Part shown: positions 58,497-64,000 of the stretch, piece by piece
Layout of the letters: the number at the start of each line of letters is the position of its first letter
Position numbering within the stretch: the stretch's first letter is position 1
From: Azolla caroliniana
Lineage: Eukaryota; Plantae; Polypodiophyta
Reading direction: 5' to 3'
Assembly: GCA_043228905.1 (NCBI GenBank)
Contig: JBHGNT010000014.1
Coordinates: 14,260,001 to 14,324,000 of the forward strand
Length of the DNA: 64,000 bases
The notes under the pieces: model-generated
What the model was told of the DNA's origin: nothing
What the model saw: the letters and a program-made list of their open reading frames with translations, nothing else
Databases searched by the model: none
Position numbers and translations under genes: made by a program

Positions 58497-60327
58497 TTAT
58501 TAGGTTTAGGCGAATGCATCCAAATATCAAAGTTCAACTACGAACATTCGAGTATCTTAATCCACACTTTGTGAGACGCTTGAAGGATCGATACACATGT
58601 TGTTGCATTTACCATGTACAAATGGGTTTTCTCAAGGACTCTGTTAATCTACTACGTCACCATAGCGCCTCCCTAACAAATGCAGTTTGCACTTGTGAGT
58701 GCCCAATTTGTCGATCGAGCCCGCAAGAGCGTTGTAAATCATCTGAGCATGTTATCTCTTCCATGAGTTGTCTTTTAGATTCAGTATTGTGTCCGAGAGA
58801 AACTGAGGCCATCTTCCACGGTCATAAATGTGTCATAGGTTTATGTCAAGATTGTGGCCCTAGTAGATTTAGGTGGTGTCCAAATGAATTGACTAGTGAA
58901 ATATTAATCTTTGTCAAGTTATTTGAGTGAGTTGACACCAATTTCGAAGGAAAGGTGTGTAAAAGAAAGGATCTAGTTAGGAAGTCGCATAAACCAAGGG
59001 ATTTGGCGTCTCTATTTGTAGTATCTCTAGGAAAGTTCATTAAACACAACTTCATTTATTCATGGCAAGCCCATCAGTTTAAGACTTGCATATCTGATTT
59101 TCCAAATAATGTAGTAGTCTCAGTAGTAGATTTCGCAAAGAATTATACTTTCAAACAGTAGAATGAAATTCAATCTATGCATTGGTGTTTAGTGCAGGTA
59201 ACCAATTTTGTGCACATAACATATTTTCGAGTTTCAGGTGATGTTAAAAAAGTAATTCATTTTTTTATTTCTGATGATAAGAAACATGATACCTTGTTCG
59301 TCCAACATTGTTTTAACTTACATTGGCAATGGTTATTAGCTAAATGTTTGGAGCTTACTCAACATTGGGTCTGGTTTGATGAGATGCGTCACAATTCAAG
59401 GCTAGACGTCCATTTTATTTTGTGGGGAGGTATCACGCTATAACAGGTTTGGAGATGAGATGAATTTTTTTTGGGTCTGGCCATGGTAAAGGTGAACATG
59501 ATGGTGCAGGTGTTGTTATAAAGCGGGCACTTACCCATGAAGAACTATAGGCAGATGGTGTGTAGATGAATTGTGTAGCACATGTAGTTGAATTTTAAAG
59601 AGCTAATATGTTAATGAGTGTAACTGGTGTTTATTCCTCGTAGGTCTGAGATATCAAACGGGAATTTTGGGAAGTGAAGATAGATGAAGTAAATAGGGAG
59701 AAGACCTGGGAGTGCCAAGGAATTCCTGAATTGCGATCTCTCCATGTTCTTTGTGATTATTCTAGGTTGGATGGTCATTGTATTGCGGTTAGAGAATTAA
59801 CTTGTTTTTGCTTCCATTGTGTGTAGGGAAATTGGAGGTATTGTTTAAACCAAGCATATATTCAGAATTGGGAGTATCATACATTGAACAATAAGGAAGC
59901 AGTTGATGGAGAAACAGAAAAGAATGCTGACTTGACATATTAAGGACGTGGAGATACTTTGAGTGATGTCTTAAATGTTGGGGATAATTTCGCTGTAAAT
60001 GCAGAAGAAGGCAATTCAAAGGGTGCTGATTTCTATATATTGAAGTGCACGGTTAGTAAACAATGTGCAATGTAGAATATATTAGATGCTTGGGGAAATG
60101 GTGTATCTATCCGGATATTCTACATCGAAGGTATTTTTTATGCAAGACTAGATGATTACGATTATGTGTATAGGCTATTAGAAGACAAACTAGTGGCGTA
60201 CATGTACTCTCATTTGGTCAGGTGCATCAATGTCCCAATGTCGCAATACAATAGCTGCTTAGGTTTATACACAGTTAGTGCTAATGTGTATGAATGTATT
60301 TATAACAATATGCCATGGAATTTGTAG
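58497..60327 (+). pseudogene. DDD-type DNA transposase relic (Sola2-like)
   Basis: Cys-rich TCCCIYH..CTCECPIC..C, then VVDFAKNYTF.Q.NEIQSMHW..QVT, ISDDKKHD, WVWFD, FFGSGHGKGEHDGAG; many stops. Superfamily assignment is from recalled motifs. Confidence 0.7.
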
Positions 60328-60699
60328 CTACAAGTAGCAATTACCAGTTTTCTTGTAAAACAAACAAAGCACATGTATTGCAAATAAACAGTTTAATGGA
60401 CTTGTTTGGGAGTTTTTTTTTGATTTACAGTCTACCTTTTGTGCCTCTTTCTCGATAAAATCGTGTGTCTTTTTTATATACCGTCTTCTTAGCGTTCTTC
60501 TTTCTTAAAAACTAGTTTAATAATATCGTTTAAGGTTCTTCTTTCGGAGATACAAATTTACTCAAGTGAACCATGTAAAGTTAAAATAGTTTGCATAATT
60601 TTAAGAAAAACCACTATCATGAAATCAACAATCCTAAACATACTCTTAAAATTACACAGTAGATAAGTTACTCAAAACAAGCAATTTAATTCTTCATTG

Positions 60700-61282
60700 A
60701 TTAATCTGTCATCAAATTACATATTTATAACATCCCATTGCCAATGTCTTCAAATTGCCTATAAATAGCTAAGCGCTTGCTGCTCAGTAGAACTTCTCTA
60801 CATATAGGATCTACATACCGAGCTCAGTATGGAGTCCACAACCATGCAGTTAGTTGGCAGCTCAATGTTTTCACCAAGTAGTGTTCAGGCATTTCATCGG
60901 GTAGAATGAGACAACATTTGCGAATGTTCAAGTAATGCCAGAAATGTTATGTATCCAGAATCAATGTATTGTCGGCATTATAATCTGGCCAAGTGGCCCA
61001 AAAATTAGAAAGTCTTTTGAATCTTGCAAAATCCTTCTGCTCACAGTTCTCTCGTGTCCATTGACCCTTGAAATGTTGTTGCCACTTCGGGAAGAATCTT
61101 TCTACACACTTCCACACATCTGTACGTGGTTTTTCACTCCAAATAAACAAATCAAAGTATTGCACAACTCCAGAAATTGATTTGCGTCCCTTGGTGTCAT
61201 ATATCGCACACTCATTAGGACTTTTTCAAGCTCCAAGATCAAGGCTCTTCGTTCGACTTCTAATGGTTTAGGTTTCCATTCC
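60700..61282 (-). pseudogene. NIF/FCP1/UBLCP1-like HAD phosphatase domain, degenerate
   Basis: RRALILELEKVL...PRDANQFLELC / QYFDLFIWS...W..ENC...FKRLSNFW...YNADNTLILD follows the NIF motif order; a frameshift and stops are present. Confidence 0.55.
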
Positions 61283-62277
61283 TATAATTGAGCCTCTGTT
61301 ACACTAATTACTAGTGGCACACAATCAATTTTAATCAACTCTGGTTCTGTCGGCTCGGTGCATGTAGATATTGATGTGGTCGATATCAGCCCACTAGTAT
61401 CACATGCTGCATCTACCTGCAAAATTAGATCACCTGTGCAACATGCTTGATCAACTTGCGTGACCAGATCATTTGTGTCAGTTGCTACATCTACTTTCAA
61501 GATGTGGCCCTCTAAACATGCAACAACATCAATAGTTTCCACACTACCATCGGCCTTAGGAGCAATAGATTCAAACCCTTTAGACTCTACAACATCAGAA
61601 AACACCAACATATTCACACTCACAAAGTAACTAACAGTCTCACAAAACAACATAATGACATGAAATATTTTCCATCATAGAACAACATGAACATAATTAT
61701 CTTGGAGAAACATCATAGAGTTCCATTACATAATGTGGATCAAGCAACAACCAATCTTAGATTTTACTTGTCCAAATAGATCATAGTAAAACTTCATAAA
61801 ACCCTAGCAAAATCGCTAACAATCATATCCCACTAATAAGTATTTCGCTCCAATTCAAGAGCTCCTTGACCGAGTAACTGGTCTTGTCCCCAATCGTGGC
61901 CCCTTCTTCAGCCTTTTTCTAGCCGGTTGCCCATTTAGCCTTGCTTCTTTGATTCATTGCGCAAGTGTGTCGTCCTCCGACAAGCTTTCCATCACCTCAG
62001 TAGCGGCTTCCATGTCAGCCACGTCTTGCGCTAGCTTTTCCAGTATAGTGGGATCTGTTTGGACATTATCAGTAGTTGGGCTCGGTGGGGTGGAATCAAG
62101 GTTTTGGGATTCGAAGAAATGTTACATCAAGTGTTCAAAAACTCTATTGTTGTGAACCTCAGATTTACATGCTGTTTCCAATATTTCATGGCTTTTCACA
62201 TCGTTGCCTAATTCAGTACCATCTTCCAAAAGAATAGGGTGGAGCTGATTTGAAGGAGATGTGATAGCATAACTCTT

Positions 62278-62630
62278 ACTAAACTATGGTAGTAGCTAAT
62301 TAGCTACCATTGATCTAATTAGCTATTGTGTTAAACTATGGTAGTAGCTAATTAGGTACCACTTAGCTAATTAGCTACTTAGCTAAAGTATGGTAATAGA
62401 AAATTAGCTACCACTTAGCTAATGAGCTATTGTACTAAACTATGGTAGTAGCTAATTAGCTAAGTGGTAGCTAATTAGCTAAAGTATGGTAGTAGCTAAT
62501 TAGCTACCATTGAACTAATTAACTACATGTTAGCTAATTAGCTACTACACTACAATCATAACAGCTAAATAGTTTCCACACTTTATACGGCTTACCTAAT
62601 TAGCAAAGATGTAACTAATTAGCTACACTA
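62278..62630. repeat. palindromic minisatellite array 2 (same family as array 1)
   Basis: Same units and mostly the same orientation as 57953-58460. Confidence 0.9.
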
Positions 62631-62652
62631 TAGTCACAAGCAGCAATTTTAC

Positions 62653-63854
62653 CTGTTAGTTTTCTCCACTCATCTAGGAGAGCTATACTACAATCCCACA
62701 AACAGAATGCAACAATGCGATATGCATATTGAAAACAAACGATATGGTATGTGTGCTAGCATGGTTGTAGATGAACCAACATAGTAGCAGATTTGTCTTC
62801 TACATGTAATCCACAAGCAATGCAACGTGCTTGAATAGTCAATATATTGTTTCCTAGTTCTCCTTCATTTGGTAAGGGAGCAAGAATGTTCAGGTCCAAT
62901 TCTTGTCTGCTCCTTACCATCCCCTCCGCAAAATGTAGCTGCTTCTTAAGGCAGCTAACTACCTGTTCTTGACGGGAGTATTGTTCCTTCAACGCAACCG
63001 AGAAATTTACCGATTAATTATTCCTTAATGAGGAAGATACAACAACAAGAAACAAGAATCATTAACTTACTTGTAGCTGGTCCAAATTGTAATCAGCGAC
63101 AATATTTACAGCTAGAAGGCCCAGGTTTATTGAAAGAACCTGGATCTCTGTCAGTAGTTGAATTTTCCGCTGGGACTCTAGCGACCCCTCAATTTCAAGC
63201 TCATGTTGAGCAACTTGTTCCAGATAATGCCTCTGTAGCACATTTTCATGTACAAGTTATTTATAACATAATACATACTAGCAAAACAATAGGTACCTAA
63301 ATCTTATTTCTGATTGTTGTAACTGCCGAAGTGACTTTGCTCTCCATCGCAGCAGCCAATGTTGCTTTCTCTAAATCAGTCTTAAAAAACTCCAATGTCT
63401 CACAAGCTTCATGGAAATTTTTTATCATATAGCTAATCAATGTCTCACCTGTATCATCGACATTGGCTTTCATTGTGTGTCGGTGTGGCGTATACTTGCG
63501 AGTTTGTTGGGAGTTGGCAGTTGCATCATCAACTGCCATGCTCCAAAATCTTGCCATTTTTTGTTGCAAGCTCCCCATCTTCCAACATTTTTCTACTGAT
63601 GCCTCACCATAAATTGCCCAAGCTACCATGCACATTTCTGGGTCATGAGATTCCGTCGCTGTTTTGCAATACTCGTATGCAAAAGCTCTAGCAAATGAAA
63701 TAGACAACTCGTTGTTGACTGGGATCTCTTGATGTACTTTCTGGTGTAGTCTCATGCAGTCGTCGTATAGGTCCAGGCGTACATGCTTGAGCTTGACCGT
63801 GCCTTTCACTCTAGGCACTTTATATACTGACATCCAGTCTACATCACTAATCAA
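62653..63854 (-). pseudogene. multi-exon accessory gene relic: unknown N-terminal domain, coiled coil, RING-like finger
   Basis: ORFs 63297-63854 and 62756-62992; CIAC...PC*HTYHIVC...C...C spacing; candidate donor CAG|GTAAAA near 62652. Confidence 0.5.
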
Positions 63855-64000
63855 TCAATCTGTTAGAATAGTAGGGTCAATACCCTCGAGCGACAGACCA
63901 TATATGTTGTGAAAGTCCTCTTTTGTCTTGCAAAATTTTGCGAAGTTCAATACTCTAGGATAGGGAGGAACAAGCCACCTGAAATAGAAAATCAGTAATC

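Overview
Eukaryotic plant genomic DNA, most likely from a non-seed land plant (inferred from the retroelement types; species not determinable). The one clear host gene is a two-exon class II HD-Zip transcription factor on the minus strand (34081 to ~32.5-32.65 kb). Most of the rest is transposon-derived. At 3.4-27 kb is a five-level nest: Copia A holds solo LTR B, which holds Copia C, which holds Gypsy D and a tail-to-tail LTR pair E, and E holds Copia F; TSDs are visible at every nested junction. There are three L1-type LINE relics, one split by a Tcn1-like chromovirus (G) whose integrase carries a 5 x 354-bp tandem amplification. There is also a hAT MITE, and a decayed DDD-type (Sola2-like) DNA transposon with a convergent RING + NIF/FCP1-phosphatase-like cargo gene. 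The most striking unexplained pattern: five otherwise dissimilar LTRs each carry a tRNA-like Pol III A-box/B-box module in U3, antisense to the element. The TGTCGTG-ended LTR group also shares a covarying U5 hairpin and 4-bp CG-palindromic target sites. All calls are by eye, without database searches.
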